Shown: positions 30,001 through 42,000 of the stretch, in pieces
How the letters are laid out: the number at the start of each line of letters is the position of its first letter
Position numbering within the stretch: position 1 is the stretch's first letter
From: an uncultured Planctomycetia bacterium
Lineage (GTDB): Bacteria > Omnitrophota > Gorgyraeia > Duberdicusellales > 4484-171
Direction: 5' to 3'
NCBI GenBank assembly: GCA_964483625.1
Contig: CAZABB010000003.1
Span: 21,895-85,894, forward strand
DNA: 64,000 bases
Made by a program: the position numbers and the translations under genes
Notes under the pieces: model-generated
Databases searched by the model: none
What the model was told of the DNA's origin: nothing
Seen by the model: the letters and a program-made list of their open reading frames with translations, nothing else

Positions 30001-33000
30001 TCGGTACGTATATGGGGAAAAAGGTGCGTGCCCATTTACGGAAATATTCAGAAGAACAAAGTCCGGGTAGCATGTATAATCTGGGGGTAACGGGATTGTT
30101 ATTAGGTTTGAGCGTAACGAATCTTGGTATGCCGCCGGCCGGCGTTATTGTTCCCGGCAGCGGCGCCCCTTCATCCGCCGGCTATGTAATCCCTCTGGTT
30201 GCGTTTCTCCTTGTGGCCGGTCTCATTGCGCTGGACTTTCTGATCTTTGAATATGAAAAGATACGGTCATTTATCCGCACGGTTACGGTGAGGGTGAAAA
30301 GGAATATCGTCGTCGGGACGGGGATTGTATTACTTATCTTCATGTTCGGGATTACCGGATGTACAGGGGACTCCGGACGTACCGATCCCGTTCCTTCACC
30401 GTCTTCGCCGGCCGTTGTCGGGGTGTCAAAGACGAAGGAGTTGAATGCGATGTTTCTCGTCGTCGACCAGGAAAGTGCTTACGCGATGCATCGGGTCGTG
30501 GGAGGGAATTGTGAAGACGACTGGGTTTCTACCTGGCTTACGTTTCAATGGGAGGTATTTCAGCGTTCGATACGGGAACAGTACGGTGTGGCACTTATTC
30601 TGCGCGATGTTGCCTGGCCTCCCTGTAAAAAAGTCAACGTTACCCTGGCTCAATTCCCCGGCGGCGTTCATATCGGCGGTGATATCCCGGAAGTGCGGGA
30701 AGTTATTGCCCGGGAACATCTGCCGGTTGATACGGTTATTCTTACCGTCGAGGATCTTGAGTGTCCCTACGGTTTAAATGCCACAGAGATTCAGCGCTGC
30801 TCCATGAGAGAGAACGGCAGGGAGATTGAGGTGAATCAATGGTGGCAAGAGGAACTGATCGAGCAGGGCGTTCTGGAAGAGATATCCGGTGAATCTTCAC
30901 TCATACCTTTACAGGATGATACTCCGCCGGTACTGCGCTCCTCTGTTCTTTCCGGATATCCGTTATTTGTTGAGAACACGCAGTGGCTTTTCGGGTGTTC
31001 TCTTCTCAATGTGTTTATTGGTTTGTCCCTCCGTATCCGTTCTTTTTTTAGAAATAAAATCCCCGGGCAAGTACTCTCCACCTTGGGGGAGGCCTCTTCC
31101 GTGACTGTAGGCGCCCTCCTTGCCCGGGATGTATTTAAAAAGTATCATTGCTCCGCCGCCGCGTTTTTGCTGTTTTTCCATTCTTTCCAAAGTATGGCAG
31201 GAGACGGCAGACAGGCGATCGGTCTGGCGCTCATTGGCTTTATGTGTCTGATCGGATTGTGGATTACCGTGGAGACGGTTTTGTTCGCCCGGAAATGGAT
31301 CTATACGATTAATCCGCAACAGATGCTGGAGAAACAGTTCATCGGAAAAGTTTCTCTGCGTGATTTTATCCGGTATGCCGCGCCGGTAGTGCTGATAGAC
31401 GTGATGAGTAAACTATCCGTCGTTTTTCTCACCGATATCCCCCGGACGGCCGGCGATACGGTGACCGCATCAACACCCCATATTGCCCTGGGAGAGTCTC
31501 TCTGGTGTGCCAATTTCCGTTTAGACGCGGAAAACTGGATGGGGATATCTGTAGGAAACATTCCCTGGGTTATCTTCGCGGGATTTTTTGCGCTGGCGTT
31601 GGGGTATCTTCTTATGATGTTCCGTTTCCATCGTTCCCGGAAGTTGAGGAACGTCTCCGAAGTCGGTTTGATAGTTATTTCTTTTCTGCGTATGCTTCTG
31701 TTTGTCATGGCCGGAACAGGTATTGCCACAGCCATCTCCCTTCAATGGACGATCCTTCCGACCGACTGGATCGTCTTTAATACGCTCGATGGCCCCATTC
31801 CTACTAATTTCGCTGATATAATCGGATTGTTCACCGTGGCGGTATGGCTTCTGATGTGGATAACTCTTATGACCATGGAGTCGATGGATCGAACGCGGTC
31901 AGGTGAGGGAGGAATATGCCGTCTCGTAAGCGGATGTCCCGTTTGTTCACCGCAAGAGGATTTCCCGCCGGGATTTTTTTACGATGAAATATCCTGGGAC
32001 GAAGAAGGTCAGGTTGAGGTTGATAACGTACTGTGTGATTTATCCCGGCGTCAGGCGGAAGAAGGGTTTGGTTTTCCTCATTACTGGGATCAATTGCTGA
32101 CCGTAGGTGAGATGTGCGAGGGAACAACGGACGTGAGTTTGAGAGAGCGGTATCGTCAGGCATTACGGGAAGAGGCCGAAGATGCCAGGATGGTCGAAGT
32201 AAAAGATCTGGATATGTTTAAAGTCATCAAAATACTCTGGCGTCCTCTGCGTCGTTTCGGGTTTCCCGGGACCAGACGGAACGGGCAGGCGGTCAACGAG
32301 GGATGTTTTATCTGTATCCCCAATATGTCCTCGTTACAGAGGGGAGTAAGAGTGGAAGGGGGATTGCCCGTGCCGCTTCGTCAGCCGGATGCGCCGTCAG
32401 GGCCGATTGCATCGGCACATCAAACCGTTTTGTTTCGCAAAGATGGTTTGATGTTAAGTCAGCTCGATAGGCCGTGGCCCAACGTTGTCTATGTTGCTCA
32501 AGGGGATATTCGGGATATCGCACGGTTTATCATGTTCATGAGAGAAGGTTTACGAAATAAGTTTCCCGCTGAGAGTCAAAGGAGAGGGTTTAACATTCTC
32601 TTTACCCGTGATCAGAACAGGGAGGTAAAAGTATTCTTCATCCCCCGGCGGAAATTAAAGCCGTCGGGATTCGGAAATGAGTTCGCCGCGTTTGAGATGT
32701 GCGGAATCATTGTACTGCATCGTACCGGGGATTTTATCCAAATGCAGGAAGAACATATTTATAACGCATTGGCGGAATGCGGGTATCCTCAGGATGAAGA
32801 CGGCCGCATGCGCGAGGTGTTTGATGATGCGGTAGCCGCTTTATCCGAAAGAGAGAGCGATGAAGAGGATTCCTGCGACACTGATTTTGCCGCTCTCTGC
32901 AATCCTTTTGCCATCGTGCCCCATCATATCACACTGGCTTCTTTATCCCACATTCCGCAGGAGCTCACGTTTTCTTGTCTTCTGTTTATTCTTCATCTTA

Positions 33001-36000
33001 CCGGGCATTGCCGCGATTTCCGTTTCTGTTTTAATTCTATCGACGGCGGAGCTTCGATCGAGAAACATCTGCATTTTCAGGGGACAGACCTGCCGTTTCC
33101 CGTCGAAAACGGGAGAAATGAAGCGATCGATGCTGCGCTGGCGTCAGCATCTTCGGATACCCCGGTCATGTACGGATTCGTCTTCTTCGGTCTTTATGGG
33201 TTTTTCAGCGGTACGCTTACTTTTCTTTTAAACGTTCAGACACTCACTAATATCCTTAATTTAACGGCGATTGTGTTGTTGATCTTTTTTATGGTTCATA
33301 CGTTGAGACGGGGAGGTATTGATTCCGATTATCGTTCTGCTTTCCTGGGGGCGCGTGGGATTTCGGCTTCGTTGTCTTCAAAGATACGTCCCGGAGAAAC
33401 GGCTCAATTGCAGGGGGCCGGTATCCTTACGGTCCATGTCACCATACGAGCTCTTATTTACCCGGTGGCTCTTTTTTACATCAATAAATGTGATATTTCT
33501 CCTCCGGGAGAATTCTCTCCCTTCTCTGTGTACATACTTATCCTGCGTAATGCCGTTGTTGTCCTGGCGTTGTTTATCTACGTTTATGTTGCCAATCGTA
33601 CCCGGCCGGAGGAGAGGATATTTGTCGACCGGGGCTACGACTTCGATACGTATAGCCACCCTTTCATTAAAGGCTTTGTGAAGATCGCTTCTCTTTATCC
33701 CCGTGCTACTGTCGGTCTGTTGGGAATCCTTGATCAGACGTTACAGACCGGATTGGCGTTTGTGGCAGTATTGACCCTTACGCCGGGAGAACTCACCCTG
33801 ATTCTTTTTTCTGCCTTTGTGCCGACAAAGATCCTGGCGCACTATGTCCTCGGTGAACAATTGACGTTAAGAAAAGTCGGCGGCGGTATTCTGGCGTTTG
33901 CCGGCCTGTTTATCTTTACCGTAGGGTTTGGTTTTGATTTGAACGTTCTGGAAATTGGGACATTGCTGGGTCTTATTTCGATGTCTTTGATCGCCGTGCG
34001 TAATATCCTGTATAAACCCATAGCCAATATGTATTCCAGTCCCTGGCTGACCTATATGCAGTTTCTTGCCGGTACCGTACTCCTGGGGGCGACACTGGCA
34101 TTTTTCCCTCCATTTACTCACGCTCAGAGCAGTCACATCTTTTCTCACTTTACTGATCTTCTGGCCGGCGTGATGTTAAGTGCCGGCATCATTGTTATTG
34201 CTTATATCACCAATCTGCTCGCTTTGCGTACCCTTAAGAGTTCTACCGTATCCATGGCACAAGTTGCCATACCGGTCTGTGCCGCGTTCTGGCAGCTGGT
34301 ATTACTTTCGATTCCTCTTACCCTGATTAAATTTCTCGGGATGCTTATTGTTATTATGGGGAATCTTATGAGTGGGATGAAAGGAAGTATCAGACGGTTG
34401 ATCAAGGATGCAGGTACACGTGTTCTTTCCCGGCGGGCGCGGAATTCGGTACATATGTGTGTTGATGTGTTCGTTTTTATACCGGTCTTTCTAGGGGGAA
34501 ACCCTTTTTCCGGCCCATTTTTTCATTTAATCGTCGGTATTTTTGTTTTTTGGTGTATAATAATCATAGGGGATTTTTCAACTCATTCTTCTTCCAAGAA
34601 CATATCTCGGTCCAGACAAGTATTCCCCGCATTGAGGGTGACCTCTTCCGTGGCTGCAGGTGCCCTCCTTGTCTGGGCCGTGTTTTCTCTTTCCTTATCC
34701 GGCCCTCCTTTCCCGGCAGATTTTCTCCTGTTACAATCTATTCCGTTGATTGGTATGCTGGGAGGAATCCATCATGTTATTCCGTCCCGTCCCGAAGATC
34801 TAAAGAAAGAGGATGTCCTTGAGCTGATAAGAGGTGATGGAGAGCGGGAACGGTTTACTCTCTGTATGGATCCTGTTGTGCCTCCGGGGCAGGAATATTT
34901 TACCAAGGCACGCATCGAACATGGCGAATATGTTTCGTTGACCTTTCCGGCTTCTTCCGCCGAAGTGGCGCTTGTTGAGAATGTCAATGCCGAAGGATTG
35001 ATTCATGGGGAAGGACTTACCGACGCCGCAGAAACATTCGTTTTAGTCTGCGATTGGATCGAAACCATACCCGGAGACGCCGAGTCAGGCTTAAAATTCG
35101 GGGAGTTGATCGGCCGCCGGGTAGAGGCACCGGAATACGCTCTGGCGAAATTTATTGTCCTTGTCCAGCGCATGGGTGCCTTGCATGAGCAGGGTGTGTT
35201 TATGAGAGAGGGATTTGGCTACGAGGACATCCTTGCCGATCGGTACGGAGATCCGGTTATATACAATGTAGAGTCGGTGGTAAAAACAGCTTTTTTCCCG
35301 GGAGACAAAGGCGGGAAGGAGTATGTTGCCTCTGACATCGCCGTGTTGGGCGACATGTTGACGTTGATCTCTCATAAACCGATATTACAGCATCCTGTCC
35401 TGACGCAATCGCGCCGGGAAATAGAACGCATCGCGTCCTATACCCGCTCCGGTACGTATGGCGATACGGTAATATTCATAAGTGACCTTCAATCGGCTTT
35501 GAAGACTCTTCAGGAAGCCCGGCTTGTATATGAATACGGCGACCAATGTGTTTCGGGCCTCATTCTGGATATCGATGGAACATGCGCGACGGATACCGGA
35601 AAGGTGTATCTTCCTGTGATGAAAGAGGTGGCGGCCTGTATGCAACAGGAAGTAGTCAGCCTCTTTGCCACGGGCAGACGGTTCCTCAACTGCCCATTCC
35701 TTAGAATTGTCCGGCAATTTCCGCAGGAAATGCGTACAAAAGCACGCTGGTCTTTAGGGAACGGCATGTTATATTTCGGACAGATTGAGGATGCCTACGT
35801 GGCCAGAGAGCAAGGTGAGATTGAAGCGGGACAGGAGTGGATATTTGCCAGCCACGATTACAGGTACCCGGATGAGGAAATGGAACGGCTGGAGGAAGTG
35901 GTGGGCCGGATGTTGGAGGATGTCCCTCAGCCGTGGTTTACGTGGTTCTGGTTGCCTGATGATGTCCATCCCTGGCGGTTTGCCGCAGATCTGCGTACGG

Positions 36001-39000
36001 CTCTTGCTGTTGCTGCGGTCACCGGTACGGTACATGTTTGCTCCTATCGGCGTGATCAGAGAACAGCGGGTATAAAGACGCAAGAAGATCCCCCGCTGTC
36101 CGCGCGAAGATTCAGTGAGTGGCATCGTCCCGGAGAATTGTCGTACGCGATTGCCATTGATCGGGTAGGGAAAATCAGGGCGCGAAATATATTGGCCGGG
36201 GAAGTCAATGCAGAAATTCCGGAAGGGAAGATCGTCATGATCGGTGACGGATATAATGATAAAGACGTTGTGACCGTATGGGTGGGAGAAATTGGAGAAC
36301 CGGTAAGCAACGGGCACGGCGAACCCGTCTACTTTGGCGGGAACGAAAAAGGGACCGCCCGGGCTTTGCACATTATCCGACGGGTAGCCCGACTGCCTAA
36401 CCCGTCATCCCTCTCAGGGGATGATCTTCGGGATCAACGCCATATGCACGTATTCGTGGGGATCCTTCTCGCTGCATTTTTCTTGCCTCATTTCGAATTG
36501 GGCCTTGACCGGAAATCTGCCGTAACTTTGTCTATAGAGGGCGAAGCGATGAGAGGGGATATTGTGCCCGCCGCCGATTTTGTCAGAAGGGCGGGAGCAG
36601 ACCGAAAACAGTATGCCGTTACTCCGGTAAAAGACAGCGGTGCGCTGAATGTCATGCGAAATATTTTCAACCTTTCCTGCGATCCGGTACGGATAAGTGT
36701 GATAAGTTGGGAACGATACCCTCTGTTTGTGCATTGTTCTCTTGCTCCGCGTGACGAATACGTGATCGACCTTACGCAGGGATTAGCTCGGGTTCCTTTA
36801 TATGAAGTATCCACTTCTTTCCCCGAAAAGGACACGATTTTAAGCGAGTGGCTTCTTTTTGAAGCACACATCCATCGACAGCGGATTCCCGTCGAACATT
36901 TGACTTGGGAATATATCGGCAAGTGGGGGATAGAAAGGATGATACTCTTCCCGGGGATATATCCTCCTAATTGTCCCTATACGTGGCGGATGATTGAAAC
37001 GGTTCTTGCCCGGCACCGGATGCAGGGAAAGAGATCTCTGGATCTAGGATGCGGGAGCGGAATCATCGCGTTGACCCTGACTTTGGCAGGAGCCCGGATG
37101 ACCGCTTTGGATATTGATCCTTTAGCTATAGCCAATACCCGGGCGAATATGGCTTTATACGGAGTACGCGGTGTCAGAACTTTCGTGTCGGACGCATTTG
37201 AGAATATACCGTCCGAAGACATATTCGATATAATCGTGTGGAGCAATCCTCCTCCGGTTTTTACAGAGGATGTACAGGTATACAAAATATTAGTCGAGGT
37301 AAAGAGGCAGGCGTATTCCCGAAATTGGCAGATTATCCAGCTCCGTCCCGAGCGGATTATTGCTCGTCTACCTCAGCCATGTCTGTATCCGGCTCTGGCA
37401 GCGATCGTATGCCTGTTGGTAATGCTGATGGTGTGGGGAGGATATATCCATTCTCTCGAAGGTACTGAGTATGCCTGGACCTCAGCCTATTTACCTCTTA
37501 TCCTGGGCAGTGTCGTTTCCACAAAAAAACATTATGGCCCCGCGGAAGTGAAAGAAATCGTCGAACAAGCGATAGAACAGATTGTCCGGTTCTACAGAAA
37601 GCTGTCGATCCGTCAGCGCAGTGCTTTAACCGGTATGCCTACCTGTGAACAGCTTTTCCGTTATTTAATTACCGGAGACAAGAAAGGGGTGCCGAAGGAT
37701 ATCGTCACCAACAAGCAGAAGAGTCTTATCGACGTCTGCCGTGACTACTGGAAAGACGGAGAAGAGGGAATTATTTCTTTGATGTTGTTTGCCGGTGCGG
37801 GAGGAAGTGGAAAGACCAGTATCGCCAAAGCATTCATTGCCGAAGCGAAAGAAGCGCTCAGGACGCTTGCCGGAAGATACGATATTGACCTTGAAAATTT
37901 ATTCCTTCTGTTTTCTTTCGACCGATATATTCTCCAGTACTCCGATAGAGAGATCGATCCTATCACAGGGAAAACTACGGAAAATCCCGTTAAGAAGTTT
38001 CAAATAGCCCGTTTCGTGGAAGCCATGAAAGCTCTTCTGAAAGGGGAGGTGATTTACGCGCCGATTTTCGATTTTAAACAGCGAGGCAGATTAAGGATCG
38101 GCCGGACTCAGAGAGGGGTGGCGATATATAACCGGAGCAGTCCTTCTCCCCGGGCCGCGACGAAATATCTGAATCGTGCCGTTATTACCTTCGGCCCGGA
38201 AGCGGTGCAGGTGGAGGAAGAGATATGGAATGAAGGCGCGGAAGAATGGATTCCGGCAGAATCGGAGGGTATCCTCGAAGAAATAACGCCGGAGCATTAT
38301 TCCTATGGACGGTTGTATCGTTTCGGAAGCATTTCCTGTGCCTTTCGCAGGGAGGAGAATGAATCGGCGCCGGCGCAATTGGTGATTCGTATCGCCGATA
38401 CCGATCATTACCTCATTCCGGATCAGGAAGGAGAATTTCAGGGAATACGCGTTGACGAACGCGAGTGGTTTTTTGACAATGAGAAAGACGGTCTTTGTGA
38501 GTTTCGGGAACGTGTTGACGCCCGAGGGAAAATTTTTATCGCCGAGGGTATTCTGACCCTGATTGATGAAGACCTGAATCAGGATGCGGTTTCGGTATTC
38601 CTCGATGCTTTAGAATGGGCACGTATTTTACGCATGATCGTACGTGCCGAAAGTGAAACGGGACGAAAAGGCGGAGTTGAAGAAGTGCTGGAAAAAAGAA
38701 TCACCCTGCTTTATACCGAGGAAGCTCCGCACATCTATCCCACCCGGGACATTGCCCGTTTTGTGGTGAGCACCCAGACCCGTTCCGAAAGTGTGTTTGT
38801 TTATTTTACCACCGGGGCCCTGCAGGAGCCCCATCGATTAAGTAACGAACAACTGGAGGTTCTGGAAGAATTGGGGATTCAGCCCGAGCATCTTGTCGCA
38901 AGCTTACGGCGTATGCATCGTGAACAGCTGGAATATCGACTGCTTAACTGGTGTCTGGCCTATCCTCCGATCGCCGGAAGTTCTTTCTGGGTGTTCCACC

Positions 39001-42000
39001 TGGTCGACCCCAAGTTAGAGAAAGAAGTCGGGATTAAAAACGGTGTGGCATGTATTGATAAAAGAGATTTATTAATGGTAAAAGTCGCACGGAACAGCGC
39101 GATTGCCGGGAGGTCGATCGAGGCGTTTTGCCGGTTTGTCGGCAATATATTAAAGAAACGGCTGGGAGGATTAATGGTTCCTACCACGGTGTATGATGCT
39201 TCGGCACTAAGACGGGTCGTGCAGATCCCGGGGAGGGAAATAGAGCTGGGTCTGGTTATTGTTCAGAGTAAGGTTGAAACGCTGAAAGAAAGAATAGATC
39301 TCCTTCTGGGAAATAGAGAGAAGATCATAACGTTGATGAAGGAAAGAAAATGGACCAGGGACGATGTGGCTGTTCAGAGGCAACACATCCGGCAATTGGA
39401 GGGAATCGATAGGGCCATGCGAGGATTGATCGATCAGTATTTTGGTTTACAGCGGGAGTTATGGCGGCGGGGCGTCATCGATGCCGATCCCCGCTTTATG
39501 GAAAAGTACGGGCTGATGCTGCTCAACGGCCGGGAAAAACTGGTTGTCATCGGTATCGACGGATTGACGATTGAGCCGGCCCGGTTTAATTCCGGCATAT
39601 ATCTTTCTTCGGATATACGCCCTGAGGGATTGCCCCGGCATATCGAGGAATACTATACGCGCCGGGCCAGGGAGGTTACCGCTGAATTTAACGAAGTGTT
39701 CAGGAAAGGGATGAATGAAAAACTCCCTGTTCCCGATGCCGCGGACGTTTCGATGCACGCTCTTTATATGCATCAGATCGTAAGTGAGCTTCGCCGTCCG
39801 AAAAAGAGGTTTTTGCGGGAAGGGTTTGCGCATATAGATTTCCGGGGTATTTCTCCTATATTCTTCTGGATCAAACTGTATCTTGATACCATGTATGTGC
39901 CGGGAACGTATCAGTATGAAATGATCGAAGGGATTTATGAAAAGATGATGGGAGAATACTTTGAAGAATTCATGCAGACGGAAGAAGACGCGGAAGTGTT
40001 CGCTTTGCTCTATAGGATTGCTTTGGAAGTCATGCGGGAAGAACGTGTCCCTCTGACGCCGATTACGGTGAACATGCTCATTCAGGAGTTGATCCAGTAC
40101 CAGCAGACAAAAAATCATTATGCGTTAGGGAACGGAGCGTTGATGGTCTCTTCGGATTCGGTCTTGCCGGGAGAAGCTGCCGACGATAATGAAAATGATG
40201 CTCCGCGGCAGCTTCGCTTGTTTAATTATGTACCGATCATGTTGATGATTATGTCGGGGGCTGGCGATGTTTTTCTTAAAGACGCTGCCAGCGAAGCATT
40301 ATGGATTATGTTCCTCGGCATTCTCACCGGTATTCTCATCGTCTTTCTTGCCGTTGATGTGGGGCGTATGCTTTACATCCGGAGTATGGGCAGACCATTG
40401 TCGACTATAGATCTGGTGCGTTTCTTCCTGGAACTGGTGGTTATCGTTGCCGGTGTATATATGCTGACGTCTCTTGCCTGTCAGTACCTGGACGGACTGT
40501 TTTCTCTGGGATTACTGGGGAGCGTCGTATTCATGGGGAGTATGAGTTCTGTAGGTTCGGTCACTCTCGAAAGAGAAGAGATGATCCTTCACGCCTTTGA
40601 AACAATGAATTTCCGCCGCAAGGCAATGCAGTGGATCCATGACAAGCGATCAGAAGATAATACGATAACCCCGGTGATTGTGGCCAATCGATCGTCGGGA
40701 TATCTATTTACCGCTGGTCTTATGGAGAAAAGATCCAGAATCGAGATAAGTAAATATTCCCGGGCGCTTTTGCGTAGAATAGTATTTTTGGAAGGGAAAG
40801 GAAGCTGGATTACAATCGCTGTGGTTATAGTAATTTTCCTGACGCGGGTGATGTTTGACCACGGCTGGATAGAAAAAGACACGGCGAGTTACACGTTTTC
40901 GGTGATTATTCTTCTGCCGCTAGGGGGGATTCTCGTGTGGCATGCGATGCTCTTTTTTCTGAACCGCGAAGATGGTGAGTATTTCCTTTGTGAGCGTTTC
41001 ATACCCAAGGAGCTGAAAGCGTTGGGAGTCGCTGATATCAGGGTCGTGACCGGGATGACCATACGTTCGGCGTCATACGAGAATGAAATCAATCGTGATA
41101 CGCTTCGCATCGAGAAGATTTCCCAAAAGGATTGGTATCTTCTGATGCGTAGAGATGTACTGCCCCTGGTGGTTGATGCTACCGCTCGTAAGGAGTCGAC
41201 CCGCCTGCCGCTTGCCTTTATGGGGTATCAATTATTTTTCTTTTTGAAGGAGGCGTTATACACCGCCCGAAAACGTGGCTGGGAGAACGATATGTCTCCC
41301 GAAGACGTATCATCTGTCCGTTTCGAATTTGACGGAAAAGGGATCTCAATCCATTGGGTTCTCTGGCCGGAGCCGGTTAAAATCGCTTCTGGATGGGCCA
41401 GGGAACTTATCGATGCGTACAATCTAAACTCCTTTCCCGAACAGGAGAAGGTCATCGATCAGGAGGGATATCGGATTGGGTTTGCCGGGGACGGTCCGTC
41501 GCGATCCGTAGCTTCCCTTTGGCAGGTTGCCCTGGAAGCCGAATTTCTTCCTGTTTTTATACAGGATTTCCGTCAGGGCAAACGGCATCCTTTCGATGAC
41601 GTTTCCGTACGGTTGTCTCCCTTGGGACGGGAATTGTTTGAAAAAACCTATTCTCATCACGTCAGTCATTACTGTAAGATGATATGGACTTTATGTTCAT
41701 TTATGGCTGCGGCCGGTTCAGGTGAGATGCGTAACGGGAGTTTCTTTGTTCTGGATATGGATGGTGTGCTTCTGGAGAGGAGGCAGGAAATCATTCCCTT
41801 CGTGTTGGAAGAAAAAATCGCCTTTCTCCTTTCCCATGGCCATACCGTTGTCATAGTTTCCCGGGCGGGTAAAGATACAATAGGGGAGAAAGTAAAGTAT
41901 CCTCTGAAACGATTTACCCTGCAATATCAGGAGTATTATCCCGGTGCGGTGGAGGCGTTGGAAGATCGCCTTTTTATTCTTTCCACAGAAGGAGGAGAGA

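Noticed and set aside
40570-41700. Phosphoribosyltransferase-like domain (VIVANRSSG...PLVVDAT)
   Set aside because: The motifs are too weak and are interrupted by a TM hairpin, so the region is left unassigned.
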